Shown: in pieces, positions 13,101-25,800 of the stretch
Layout of the letters: each line of letters starts with the position of its first letter
Numbering within the stretch: the first letter of the stretch is position 1
Notes under the pieces: model-generated
Told to the model about the DNA's origin: nothing
Seen by the model: only the letters and a program-made list of their open reading frames with translations
Database searches by the model: none
Assembly: GCF_001949145.1 (NCBI RefSeq)
Contig: NW_019091361.1
Location: 4,150,164 to 4,214,163, forward strand
Origin: Acanthaster planci
Lineage: Eukaryota
Length of the DNA: 64,000 nt
Direction of reading: 5' to 3'
Program-made: the position numbers and the translations under genes

Positions 13101-16100
13101 GTGAAGGAAGCCAGCTCTTGGCGGGGGGTTAGGGTTTAGGGCTTAAGCTCCAGTGATCACACAAAATGCCTGTCATGGGACTTGTTTTGGCCGATACGAC
13201 TTTAGTCTCCGAAAGTAAACAAGATCCTATTAGCATTACTGTGTGGCCACCCCGTGGTAAAATGAAGGACGCCAAATACAGTTTAGTTCACATGTACAGA
13301 GTAGTCCCAAGCTTGAAACGGGAGTGCCAACCCCCCCCACAGCGTTCTGCGTACCTCCACATGCATACATTCGTTTATCTTCTTTTAAGATGAGTTTCCA
13401 ACTACATAATTTATGTAAATAAAATCTGTGTTGGAAAATGTTTTAGACTGTAGATGTACCAACGACACTAATCATTATTCACTTCATTTCTACCTTATGT
13501 TACGCTTCACTTGTGTCTCTTGCAGTGGACAATTCTTGAGCCGGTGTGTCTGAGACTCAAAGTTTGTGCAACCGGTTTCCCATTTCTTCGATATAATTTC
13601 AACCGCTGGTTAATCGCCCGCTTGCACACACAGTCTCAAATTAATAGTTGTCAAAGAGCGTGGGAGTATTTCTATCTAGTCTGAATTTGTTTAGTGTCAC
13701 TATCGAAGTTGTTCATAGTAGCCGTTTTTTTCGGTGAGAAATTTGTTCTACAGGGATAGACGTGAGTAGACCTTTTGTACTATCCCCCTATGAGTGAAAT
13801 ATTTTGTATGCTTTCAACATCTGTCTGTCTTTTTGTCCGAACTAATGTAGTACACGTATACACATTATAGCAAGGTCTGTTATCTCCCGTGAACAGAATT
13901 GATGAAACGTAAAGATGCGAGGGTAATTATATTTTAATATCTTCTTGTGGGAAACAGGATGATTTGATTGAAGCAATCAGAAGTATTTTTGATAGCGTGT
14001 TTCCAGTCTTAATGTAATAATGAATTAGCTATCATGTGTTAGTAATCACTCACAGTCACTTATATTAATCGTCTAGGAAAGTGGAAATTGTAGAAGCGGT
14101 GTGCTGAACTGCAAAATGTCTGATTATTAGGGAAATACCTGACGTGTATTTGAGAGTGTTTATGCTTCATTACACGGTTAGCATTTTTGTTTGAAACAGG
14201 AAAATTGCCGTCTGGGGATTGGCTTCAATTTTGTATTTGTCTGCTGTATATTTGTAGGTGATGTTCTGAACAGTTGTTTTCGGGGGCAGGGGTTTAAACT
14301 TATTTGTCAGCCCTTGATTTTCTAACCAACAATAAGGCCTTGGGGTCATTCTAGGAAAAGAGGGTACGTGTATTTGGGAAAATGTTAGCAATACCGAGAA
14401 AGGTTTGGGAAATTTCAGACGTATTCTTGGAAGAACAACTCTTGGTTTTGACCCAAATCTTTGCCTGAAATGACTGGTATGGGGTATGCGAAGTCAGACC
14501 ACATCTGACCCGAGTGGAAATGCAGCAAAATGTTAATTTTGCATTGCTACGTAAAGTTTTTATTTGGGGACTATGGGAAAATTCACTTCTGAATGTGTTT
14601 ACAGCATTTTCTTGGTAGTTTGATTTAGGAATATAAATTCAGTTTTTGTGATTGAATGTGTTGAGATTTAACGAAATATTTCACATTCTTAATTTGTAAT
14701 TAATTAATTGGGTCATGTCATTGTAAGATGCTTTTACTCCAAGTGCCATAACAAATGACAGTAGTTTTTATCTTTGTCTGTTGATGTGACCACCTATACC
14801 TCCTATGTTTTCTGAATGGTTTGGTGTTTTAATGGACTTTGTAGTAACTCATTTTACCACGGCATGCTGATGGACGAGTTGGGTGGACGCTGTGGGCTTT
14901 ACGGAGTAGGAATTGGCGTGTCCCCAGGGTTTGTCTGACTTGACTTTATATGGATGCCGTGGGCGGTACATCTTGTCTGCTTTGAGCCGATGTATTCTTA
15001 AAACAACTCAACAATTGGAGTTCGGCCAGACTAAAACTACAAAATCATGATTAGGTCGGGAAGGTGATCGATTAATGTGGTAAGGGTTTAGACTGCACGA
15101 TACTGTTGATTGAACTTGTAGCGCTTTAAGTAGTCACATAGTGTCAGGATATAGAACGCAAATGGTTATGGGAATGTAGGGACATAAACTTGACAGCAAA
15201 CCACTTTATCTGAGTCTACGATCTTAAAAAAATGAAAACGCTGGACGGTGTACACAAATGCAACCCCCGAGCTTACTCGGGGGTTGCATCTCAGAAGTTT
15301 TTGTGATTTTTTTTTTTTTGTAGAAAGCTACAGGTTCTGCGTGATTTTATTTTTTTTTAGGTTGGGTCAGATAATCGGAAACAGGTCAGTTTGTATGTTT
15401 GTTTTAGCGTTTGCACGGCCTCTTTTTTAAAGGAAATGTCAGTAGTGTGTCTAAAATTTGTATGAAATAATGGGTTGCTTGGATTTCATTGCTTTGTCTG
15501 TACTGTTTAGTATTTTCTTTGCTTTTAAAGTCGAGAGGTCGTTCCATCTGTCGATTGATTATTTGGCTTTCTTTGTTATTCGAAGCCCCCATTTTTATCG
15601 TGAACGGTATGGGCGTGCGACGGGCCCCACTGTTCGAACTTTTGAGGGGTAGCGTTAAGTCATACGAAATTGAGCTGCGGGAGCCAGCGACAGCCATGCT
15701 CAATCAAGGATACCTACGATCGTTCTCTGTTGTCGATCGGCGATGTCGTCATTTTAGCATATTTTGGCATCAGAGTTTTAGCGTGTGTACGTAAAGCCCG
15801 TGTTTGGGTCATGCAATCTTTTGAAATCTTGTGTCTCGTTGATTTCTAGTCAGTTACATTTAGTTCTAGCATTATGCAGCTTCAGCAGTAGTAAGTCTAG
15901 ATTAATGGCAAGATTGCCGCCAGTGTTCATTTGGTTTTTGAGCTACGAAGGAAGATGTCATCAGAAACTTGGTGTAACTTCGAGCATTCTGTACATCTCA
16001 ATGTTATGTTGCTGCCCAGTTTACATTGAAATTTGGGATTATATGGTCAACTTTAAAATGTAAATATTAATTTATGTTAGGCTCAATTTGATGCGGTTTA

Positions 16101-17625
16101 AATAAATTTTGTTTCGTACTCAGACTGTGCTGTTAATGGCAAGCTTAGAATTTCATTTTCATCTCTGATTTTTGTCACAGGTAGGCCTAACTGAGTTTAG
16201 TCTGTATTGCTGTTTAGGAATCGACTCAGTGATACATCACGGTACGCAGACCGTGAACTGCCGTTCACTTGTTTAATTAAATGCCCAATTTTGTACTCCT
16301 TTTCTGTATGGTTTGGTGTATCCGTTCTTGGTTTGATCATGCAACCGTAGCACGTCGGAATTGGACACGTGTCTGTAAAGTACCTACAGTGCTTTGGGCT
16401 GTATTTTCCCCCTATTTTGGGGCGTAACGTTGATTGAAATAAAGAAATCCACGAGAAATAACCGAATATTTACCAATTTCTTTTGTGGCCATATGGTTTC
16501 TCGAGAATTATAGTATTTCTTACTGCGCTCGCTCTTCACTTGTACGTACGATTACGACTTTAGGTTGGCGCTATGAGATTGACTTTATATGTTCAGTCTG
16601 ACCACTCGGTTTTTTCGAGATCACCGTGCGATTTTTTTTGAAGATTTTTCAAGCCTGTGTAAATCATTACACAACCTTTTGTAATTGTTTTTTTTTCGAA
16701 TACGTGCATTCCACCTACTGACAATCGTCTCTAAACGTCATTGTTCATTTATTGTTATGCAGGTTTGTTTGTTTATATATATATTTTTTTAAATTAAACT
16801 TAAACAAAAAATCTGTTCGCTGGTGGAAAAGTGTAACAAAATTTAGCATGATTTGCACTGACTGGCAAGTGCCAAGCCTTTGCTTACACAGGGAGTGTGA
16901 CTAAAGTATGGCATCCAGTCATATTTAAGCTTAAGAAATTCAAAATAAAAAAGTCACCGCATACGTATTGGACAGAAGTTATTCTACATGAAATTCATAT
17001 TTTCGTTTGTTGAAATTTTTCAAGATTTGCGGATTTTTCGGATTTTTTTTTTTGAGATGGATCTCGATCTCAAGACCTCGAAAAAAATTTCAATGCTGCT
17101 TTTACGGTAGACCGTTGGGCCTCGGCTGGAAATTCGACTCGACTCTATACATGTAATAATATTGGAAGTGGTGGCATCCTCAAGACTCAAGTGTAATTAC
17201 AAGCCGCAGCCAAGTACAGTATTACTCGGATACGGCTTCAATGCAATGTGTGTGTATGCGCTGTCGTGGTCGTGTTTTTCCTAGAAGTGGCTGCCAAAAC
17301 TGCAGTTGGACGTCAGTACAAAAGTAAAAAAAAATACTTCACAAAGTGTGAAAAATTCCACCTAGCCATCCAAACAGCGGATAAATAGCACTCGCAGGGC
17401 TCACTATTAAAATGAAACTACAACCCTGTTTAAACTTAATGGGACAAATGTCCATTTCGAACGGATTTGAGGTAAATTCGAAAACTTGCCAAGAGGTGAT
17501 ATTTCTGCGAAGTGTGGCCGAACGTACAAGTCGTAGGCAAACTGAGAGTGGTTTATAGTATACACGTGTCTAGCCGTAACATGACAGCACCCACCATTTC
17601 CGAGCAAAACATTCAGTTATTATGT

Positions 17626-18513
17626 TCAAATTTTCTTTGTGCTGAAAATTTGGCTTTTGTGTATATAAGATCTTATACTACCAATAAAAATTCTAATGTC
17701 TCCATCAGGTGCTCTGTAACACAAAAGTGCCGCCATCTTGTGGTTCTTGTTGGACCTCAATTCTGTTATCAAAATCTCATCATCTGGCTCCAAGTCAGCA
17801 AGGCGCAAGGAAAGAATAGAATCTTAAACTGCACAAAGTAGACTCCCACCTCTAGACTTACTACCGTTGCTTCTGTCCTTGCGATATTGAATGTTGCCAG
17901 GAACTGCGAATTCAGCATCTCCAATGGAGTTTTGTAACCATGTTTCGGTTACGCAAACACAGTCGTGACTGTTGTTGGATAAAATTGCTTCATAGTCCCG
18001 AAGTTTGTTGTTTCTCTTCTTTCTTGCTGATTTGATACTACGTACATTCAGGTAAAGGAAATTTAGACCGTTTACTTTCCCATTAGTTGTAGTTGTGACA
18101 GGATCTGCTGCATCACCACCAACACCAGTGGTTGAAGCGAAAACTCCATCATCACCATTATCAGACTGTCCGTCGATGCTCACTTGTGGTAGAGATGCAA
18201 ATGGGCACGGAGGGAAAATGCATGGGAAAGGTTGACCCGTTTGTTGAAAATCAGTGTAATTCTCCACTGAGAAGCCAGCACAATCAATATGAGTCCATTG
18301 TTTACACCAGTCGCAATCAATGGCTTTGCTGTTCCATTGAACACCGTTTTCATAAACAGTACATGGATGTTTGGATGATCTCTTGACGGGGCCAGGGCAC
18401 GGGTGGATGTCACCGCAGAGCAACAGGGCCAACGAATAAAGCAGACTCGTGCGTACATTTGGCAAATCACGACACCCTGTTGGTCGTACAGGTATGTAAC
18501 GCGCGCTTTTCAC
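17626..18513 (-). mobile_element. Decayed APE-type non-LTR retrotransposon (CR1/L2-like) ORF 5' region: 2A-like motif, PHD finger, apurinic-like endonuclease; no RT seen
   Basis: ORF 17824-18513 reads LLLCGDIHPCPGP, then a PHD-like C(TV)Y...CDWCKQWTHIDC, then APE motifs LYLNVRSI, VCVTETWL and YRKDR..RGG. After a break, ORF 17626-17808 continues the APE domain with CYRAP (YRPP-type motif). Confidence 0.85.
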
Positions 18514-18900
18514 CTGTCCAGGAGCACTGGTCGTCGAATTACGCGATAATGTTACGTTTCATTCCACAAACAGGAAAATAGAATGTAATTACAGTAATTG
18601 GCAGGCTTGTTTCCTAGCCTAAAAACGTGCCAATCGAATGTAAGAATAGAGGACCACCTCAACTGTTGTCAAGGTGTTTACAACCCGATGAAAGGTTGTC
18701 TCTCAGTCCTCTGCCCACTTAGGACAAATTAAGACAAGGACTTTCGGCTTCCGCGTGTAGTGTAAGACTTAGTCGAAAGCCCGAATTAGAAGTTATTGGG
18801 TCGATGATGTAAGGGCAAAACTTGTCATTTAAAATTTACTTTAATACCCACAAATTGTGGAAGGCAAAGTAAAGATTGTTGCCGGTAGCCACCAGAGGGC

Positions 18901-19185
18901 TTGAACATTACCACTCTCGTCAGGGCCGATGGCAGGATCTACCGGCACTCAGCTGGTCTGCATCTGGCCCAAGCTTTCGAAGAAGTGTACCATGACAACA
19001 GTGAGCCCGAGGACGGCTCACAAGCCCGCTTGTATCGTGCCATGGGGAGCAATGACCTCCTCCTTGACAGGAAACTTGCTTTTCCATGCGATTCTCCGCA
19101 GTCATTTCGCATCAAAGACAAAGGTTTTGATGAACGAGCAAAGAAGTTGGCTAGGAGTGGGATAGGCCTACTCATTCAAACGTAG
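18901..19185 (+). mobile_element. Possible Crypton/DUF3504-like (tyrosine-recombinase transposon) relic
   Basis: The translated spacing VRADGRIY...LHLAQAF...DLLLD..F...FDERAKKLARSGIG resembles the N-terminal part of DUF3504/KCTD1-like domains. Recognised by eye only; no catalytic residues seen. Confidence 0.3.
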
Positions 19186-19804
19186 ACATTGTCATTTCCT
19201 AACTATTATTGAAAACTGTTTTAAACTTTAATGCTGTGTGGTGGAAGTAAAGTCTGACATTTTGAATTGCAATTCAAAAACCATTTTCCCATAGGAAAGT
19301 ACATGGTGTATCCTCAGACGGCCCTGTAATAAAGAAAAAACGTAGCTTGGGGAATCCTTGTGTTGATGATAGGCCCTAAGTCCGCGCAAGTCCACAAAAA
19401 AATGAACAGCGCCCCCTTCCAAACTGAACTTTTGGCGTTCACCGGTCTCGTTCCGTCGATCGGCATCACATTATTCACTCGTTTCCAAAGTGGGCAGGGG
19501 GAAGAGCGATTTACATTTTTTTTCTGAAGGGATTTGTTGAGCGAATCCTGCTGCCATTTAATTAATCAGTGCCATTTCAGCGCGATAGTCCCATCCTATT
19601 CTTGAAACAATTCTATCCAATGATAGCTGCAAAAATGACGGTGTTCATCTGTAGAAATTAACCTATCCCAGCGCCCTCTTGGTGGTGGAAACTATGAACG
19701 CTCAGCCGCCCATAAATAGATGTTCATTTACGTGACTGGTCGACTACGCTGAAAGTTTCATTTCTGCGGTTTGTGTAGGGATCAGTGGTCACCCCGCACC
19801 CAAG

Positions 19805-22800
19805 ATGAGACGCCTAAGATACCTCTTCGTGCTATTGCTCATATTCATCTCCCAGGTTGTCGTCTTTATCGGTCTAAGCGGCGTTAATGAAGATGGTGGG
19901 GATTTCGATCGGAAACCACTAGGGGACCCTGGAAACCGCAGAAATTCGGAACTGTTGTTCGGCGCTGAGGCTGTCTTCGATGTGGGTGCCCGTGGGAAGA
20001 AAGATGCTGCGCCGTCCAGCGACGAGCCCCTTGTGGGCCACGCAAGAGAAACTCCCAAAAGGAGCCAGGGTTTTCATACCAAAACATTAGAAGAACTTTT
20101 TGCCAGTAGTACTGAGAACAAAAACGAACTGAGCGATGATGAAGGTAAGTACTTTCATTGGGGATTGAGGCTATACTTGGGGACCCCCCTTTTTGTCACT
20201 TTATTTTAATTTTGCAAAACTGATAAGAACTCCCACCCTCCCAAAAAATAAGAACCAAAGGCAACACTCTCTTTATTACCTGACCCTATTTTTTGGTAAT
20301 TTGAAAATAAAGTGAGAAAAGGCGACTTTCTTACTGATAAACCAGCCATGCAAATATGAATCCAGCATGGGTCATTTGTTAAAACATTCACAGTTTCCCC
20401 TCATAATTTCCCTCAGAACTTAAAACCTTGCCCTTTTATGACAACTTCAATCCTACAGTTATTGAGCATGTTACAGTCATCTACCTAGTGAATTCAAAAG
20501 TTAGAATGCATTCTATTATAGAAACAGGGTGACCAAATTTACAATCCCCTTTCATTTTGAGGTAATCTTCATTTACGACCCCAGTTCCAAAATTGGAAAG
20601 AATATTACACCCCCTGAAATCACTCTTTAATCTCAATTCTCCAGCTTTGTAATAGGAAGACTTCCCCAAGCTGCAAAGATAACCTTAGACTGAAACACAC
20701 CTTATAAGAACTTAAAGAATAACAACAAACTGGGATAGTCCTAAAAGTAAGCTGTAAGACTCATTTTGTTCAGTTGCTGTACAATTTAACTGTGGCAATA
20801 TTAGAAAGTATAGATTGATTGGCTTTAATGTTGTATTTTGTTGGGTTACACGTTATCCTCCCAGGTATTTGCAGGTTGCACAAAAAAATGAAAGCCATAT
20901 AAATTAATGTCTAGCCAGGGCTGAGTCAGTTTGAATAATTTACTAGTCAAATATTTTACCTTCAATTTGATCGAATATCCGAATATTCGGTTGTATTGAC
21001 CGGCAGATTGTTGATGAACAAATCATATACAAAATCACTTGCAATAACACATACAATAGTACATTATGATCATCATAATAGCTTCTCACATCTAGGAGTA
21101 TCTCCAGCCACGATTTAGCAAGATTTAAGAGATGAACAAGACTTACAGCCCTGTTGATAATTTTTATTCCTTTTAAATTGTTAAATGAATAATAAACTTT
21201 TTAAATCGTTGTAAGATTTCTGATGCTTTTCATTTGAATCTGCTTGAAACAAGCCTCCATAGTGCAATTTTTTCCTTTAAAACAAATGAAAATTTTCCCT
21301 TCCTGTTCATGAATTTTGCATTTGAATATTCAAATTCAAAAAATAATTCAGATATTCGACACAGCCCTATGTCTAGCATTTTTCAGTGAGTGACTTTTTC
21401 TTTAAAAATGTAACACAAATTCACACACTGTGTTAAACATTTTAAGTCTGCTGACTCATTGAAGCTGGTGATGGTCAAATACAGAACTCAGAAAAGCAGT
21501 ATTTAGAATAAAGTTGTTTCAGTTGGAAGCCAGAGGTAATTTGAGTCTGGATAAATATTTGGATTTGAGATTTTGAGGTTAGCACTTTCATTTGCCAACA
21601 TGGGCTGTGAAGGACTGTCTCGCCACTACTCATCACATTACAACAAATCAAGTCATTGGGTGGATATTGCCAGGACATTCCCGGTGCACATGCCTACAGT
21701 CCTGGGTTTAGCTGTGTGTTTATTGATTGATTTTCAAGTGATCAAGAAGAGCATGGTTTTGTTTGCAAACACCAATTGATATTTGCTGAAAAAAACTTTT
21801 TAATTAAAGTTGAAAATGCTTCAAGCCTCTGAAATGTTTGTGAAAGGCCTGTATGAAAGCAAAAAGACTTTAAATGTTTCTTAGCAACAAGAGAATAATG
21901 TCAGTAATTCTGCTGAAACCAGCAGGATCTTTGCAGAAATGGATCCCCTGTCCAATTGCCTCTACAGAGAGTTCCCTTCTCCTAGGCAAGGATCCAGGAA
22001 AATGACACTTACTATAGTCTAGGTAGCTAATAAATCATGGGTTCTATCCAAAGTTGGAATCATACATTCAACACAAGCATGGGGTTATTAGTGTTTGTTT
22101 AACCTTCTAGAGCCACTAGTCCAATGGATAAGTTTATGGACTGAACTACAGGGACAATCTGCTGGAGCTTCTGTTCCAGATAAGAGGTGTTGATAAAAGT
22201 GCTTAGTACTTGTACATATGCACCTACTTCTTGTGTTGATCGGGATCAAGGGACTGTATGGCAACTTGCTCAAGGTTTGCCAAATGCCTGTTTTTAAATG
22301 GCTGACTATCACAAAGTATTAGGTTGTGCCTTAGTATTGTTGAATACATGTATAAAACTGAACCATTAGAAGGTCCAAACCATGAAGTTTTATTGTATAT
22401 TTGGGCCTCGTCTATTATATTCCTCTTCTATGTTTGAAACCAGGTATTTCACAGTCCTGTTGGGTAAGGTGTCTTGAAAGAGCAGTTGTTGAAATAGGCC
22501 TGTGTGTGCTTTTAGGGACAACTGCTGGCACTGTTGGTGTGATGTCAATGAGCAAAGACACTGGTCAAGTTTAAACTTGTGAACTGAAACCAAAATTTGT
22601 TTACAGAAAACGTTTCTGAGAAAGGATTGCTCATCAATTTCTGTTCACTACATAAAATTAACCACCAAAGAAAAGGAAGTTAAGCCAACAAAGTTTTAAA
22701 GACTCAAGCTTTTTTTTGTTCAAATCAAAATAAGATGAAGGCTTTTATTCTGGAATGACATCACAGTTTTGCTGACGAGTATGAAAGTATTCGGCATTGA

Positions 22801-25800
22801 AAAGGCACCAAACATAGCAAAACAGAAACTGAAAACTTTTAAATCTGTGCCAGTCATTCCTAGAGAAACTTGAGATTAAAGTTTTAAACTTGTCCCCCCC
22901 TTTTGAACAGAATAAAAAGAATCTACACCTCAAGCAATGGGAAGGTGTGTACATGTATGTATATACATACATATATATCTTTTTCCCCTCCCCAAATCTT
23001 AAGAGCTCCCCCCATCACAATACGAAGTGAGTAAAAAGTGACTTGAATTCTGCAATCTAACAAACTAAACAAGTACATGTACAATGGTGATGACCAATAT
23101 CCCTCTTGCTCCTCCCCTCCCTAGCTCCCTTTTTTCCTTGCCCATAACTGACTTCCCAGCCAGTACTTTTTGGGACTGTGTTTCTCTATGATTTCCCCAT
23201 TTGTACTGCATCCTTTGACCCTCAGTCCCTGGTATCCATTTTGGTCCCTCAGGGCCAGATAAGTGGTTGTGGTTTCTGACCAATTTTCCCAGGGCAGATA
23301 AGGATAAATGTACTGTCTCTTTTCCTGGGCCCTCATATTAAAGTCAGGCTCTTGCAGGCTTCACACTGTGCATTGGATGATTATAGGCTACCATGGCTAC
23401 TGTTTATTTGGATGTTTATATAATAGGTCATTTGAGGTCTGTCCTCAGGAGGACAGAGACTGATGGGATAGAGATTCAAGGTTTTGATCATTCCATGGAG
23501 CAAGGAACAGATTTCTTGGTAAAGAGAAATATTTGTTTCCTCTATGCAATGCTTGCAGTGAATTGTGACCAAAAATAAAAACTTGAAGAGGTTTTTTCTG
23601 TTGAAATATTTTTGCATTCCACATTTGGTTCATTTTCATATTGACTGGCCAGCAGTGTCATGTCAAATGTTTTGCGCAGTGCGAGATAACACTGATCTGG
23701 ATGGTATGAACATTTAAAAGTGTACACTGTTTAAATTTTATTTTTTACTTGGTTTGTCAAGATACTGAAGCCATTAATACACTGAATTTTCGAATATGAA
23801 AACAAAACAAAACATAAGGAATGCATTTCCAAGCACAATTTGGGTTTGCATGAAGTAATGATGTTCATAGAAAACTACTGGCCATGAAATGCTGCTTTTC
23901 AATGGAAGTACATGTCGACAGTAGACCATTTGTTGTGGGGGCTCATGCAACATGTCTTTTATCTCTCCCATGTTTCTTTACCAGAAACGACAGGGAGGAC
24001 AGTGTACCTCTTCCCCAATTTTTTCCTGAGGGAGGTACATTTTCCTTTTGAGCTAATTTCTTCTTTTGTCAACTGGTCATTTAATAACTTTACAAACAGA
24101 AATCCTCACTACAAAAATGAGCGGCTTATATTCAGGCTCTTCTTCATTTGGAGCTCCCCTGCTTTTTCTAATTCTAGGGGTTCCAACTTCACATTCAACA
24201 TCACACAATCAGGCACGGGAGTCGTACCTGGACTGACTTAAGGGGCAGTGCCACCAGCTTCTTTCAGGTTTACCTTTCCAGGCTCCAACTCACCCTTCAC
24301 TGCAGCCCATTACCAGGGTGGATTTTCTGACAAAGGAGAAGCCTAATTGCCGAGACCACATTGTGAGGCTCAAAGCCCCTATTGTGCCTGGTGGCACCTG
24401 AAGATTGAAAGGTCACTCCTGCTCATTTAGGATCAGATTGGATTGTTGTGCTGTCCTCATTTAAAGCAGTTCCACTTGTAGCTCAGGGACAGAAGGGGTT
24501 TTTGACTCTGTGTTCCGAAAGGACCAGAGGTGCAGTGAGCCAAAGTGCTGAAAAGAGCTGATCGTGGGTACGCGGTCATTATGACCATTAACCCAAATAG
24601 AAACGGACTATTTCAGACCACCTCAGGGGGGTAACAATTGTCAATGATTTGTCTTGGATAAGAGGTGTTGTTTTCATTACATCGGTGTCAAATGATAAGA
24701 TGCGAGTATGAGGCTACTCTGAAAGTTCGGCATGAACAGAGAATGCGTTTTGAAGATATCAAGAGAAAATGTCAAAAGTCAGGGATTCAGTCCATTCCCC
24801 TTCTTTTGGAGACAGAGATCATGGGCTGGGCTTATTCCAGTCTGACTTGCATTCAGGCTAGTCCCACAGACCCTAGTCCTTCTGACATATTTGTAGTACA
24901 GAGGGATTTTATAGAATAAGCTCCCTGGAACTGATTGTATATCATAATCTTTTAATGTAACACTGAGAAACAACTTGAGATCTATAGTTGAGTGGAGGAG
25001 ATTCCGGCTGATATTTGAGCATGCTTTCCCCCAGTGGTATATTTAAGCCGAGGTGTAAAGGCCATGGGCATTGCTAGACCATTTTGATGGGGGGGTTGCC
25101 AACAGACCTTCACACAAAACAAGTGTAGGCCTACTGAAGTCTGATTCCCTAGCCTAACACTTACCTGACGTTTTTTAAAATTTTTCTGACAGACCATGAT
25201 TTTGCCGACAAAACCAATGGGCGGTGTGTCACCCCCTGACACCCCCCTCTTGCGAAGTCCATGATAGAGGCTCTGCATGGTAGCCATCTTAAAGGGCAGT
25301 TCTTTTGTTCCACAGGGAAACCTCCTTTGTGCATACCCTGTGGAACAAAGGCACTGGCCTGCAAGATGGCTGCCATGCAAACTGTTTATTGGATGTGAGA
25401 TAGGGTAGATGAACTGACTATGTAATGCCCCCATGCAGCCCCCCCCCTAAAAAAGAAAGAACAGGGCTTGTGTTCCAACAAGCAAGTAACCAAGACAAAA
25501 CAAGCAGTCTCTAAGTGATCAGGATAAAAGTACCCCATTCCACCCAAGGGATGCTTGGACGGTACCTGGGCCAAGGAGGTTTTGTCACTTAGAACACATG
25601 GCTATGTACATGTACATCAGGTTTGCATTTTGACTCTATCCAAACAGGCTTGAAACAAGTCTAACAGCTGGGGGAGGCTGGAAGGAAGTAACCCTGGACA
25701 CTGTCCAGGCTGTGAACCCCAATCCCACCTAAGGACCATACCTTGGCCATGGAGGTTTTGTGTCTTTTGTCACACAGAACACATTAATCAAGGCTGTGTA

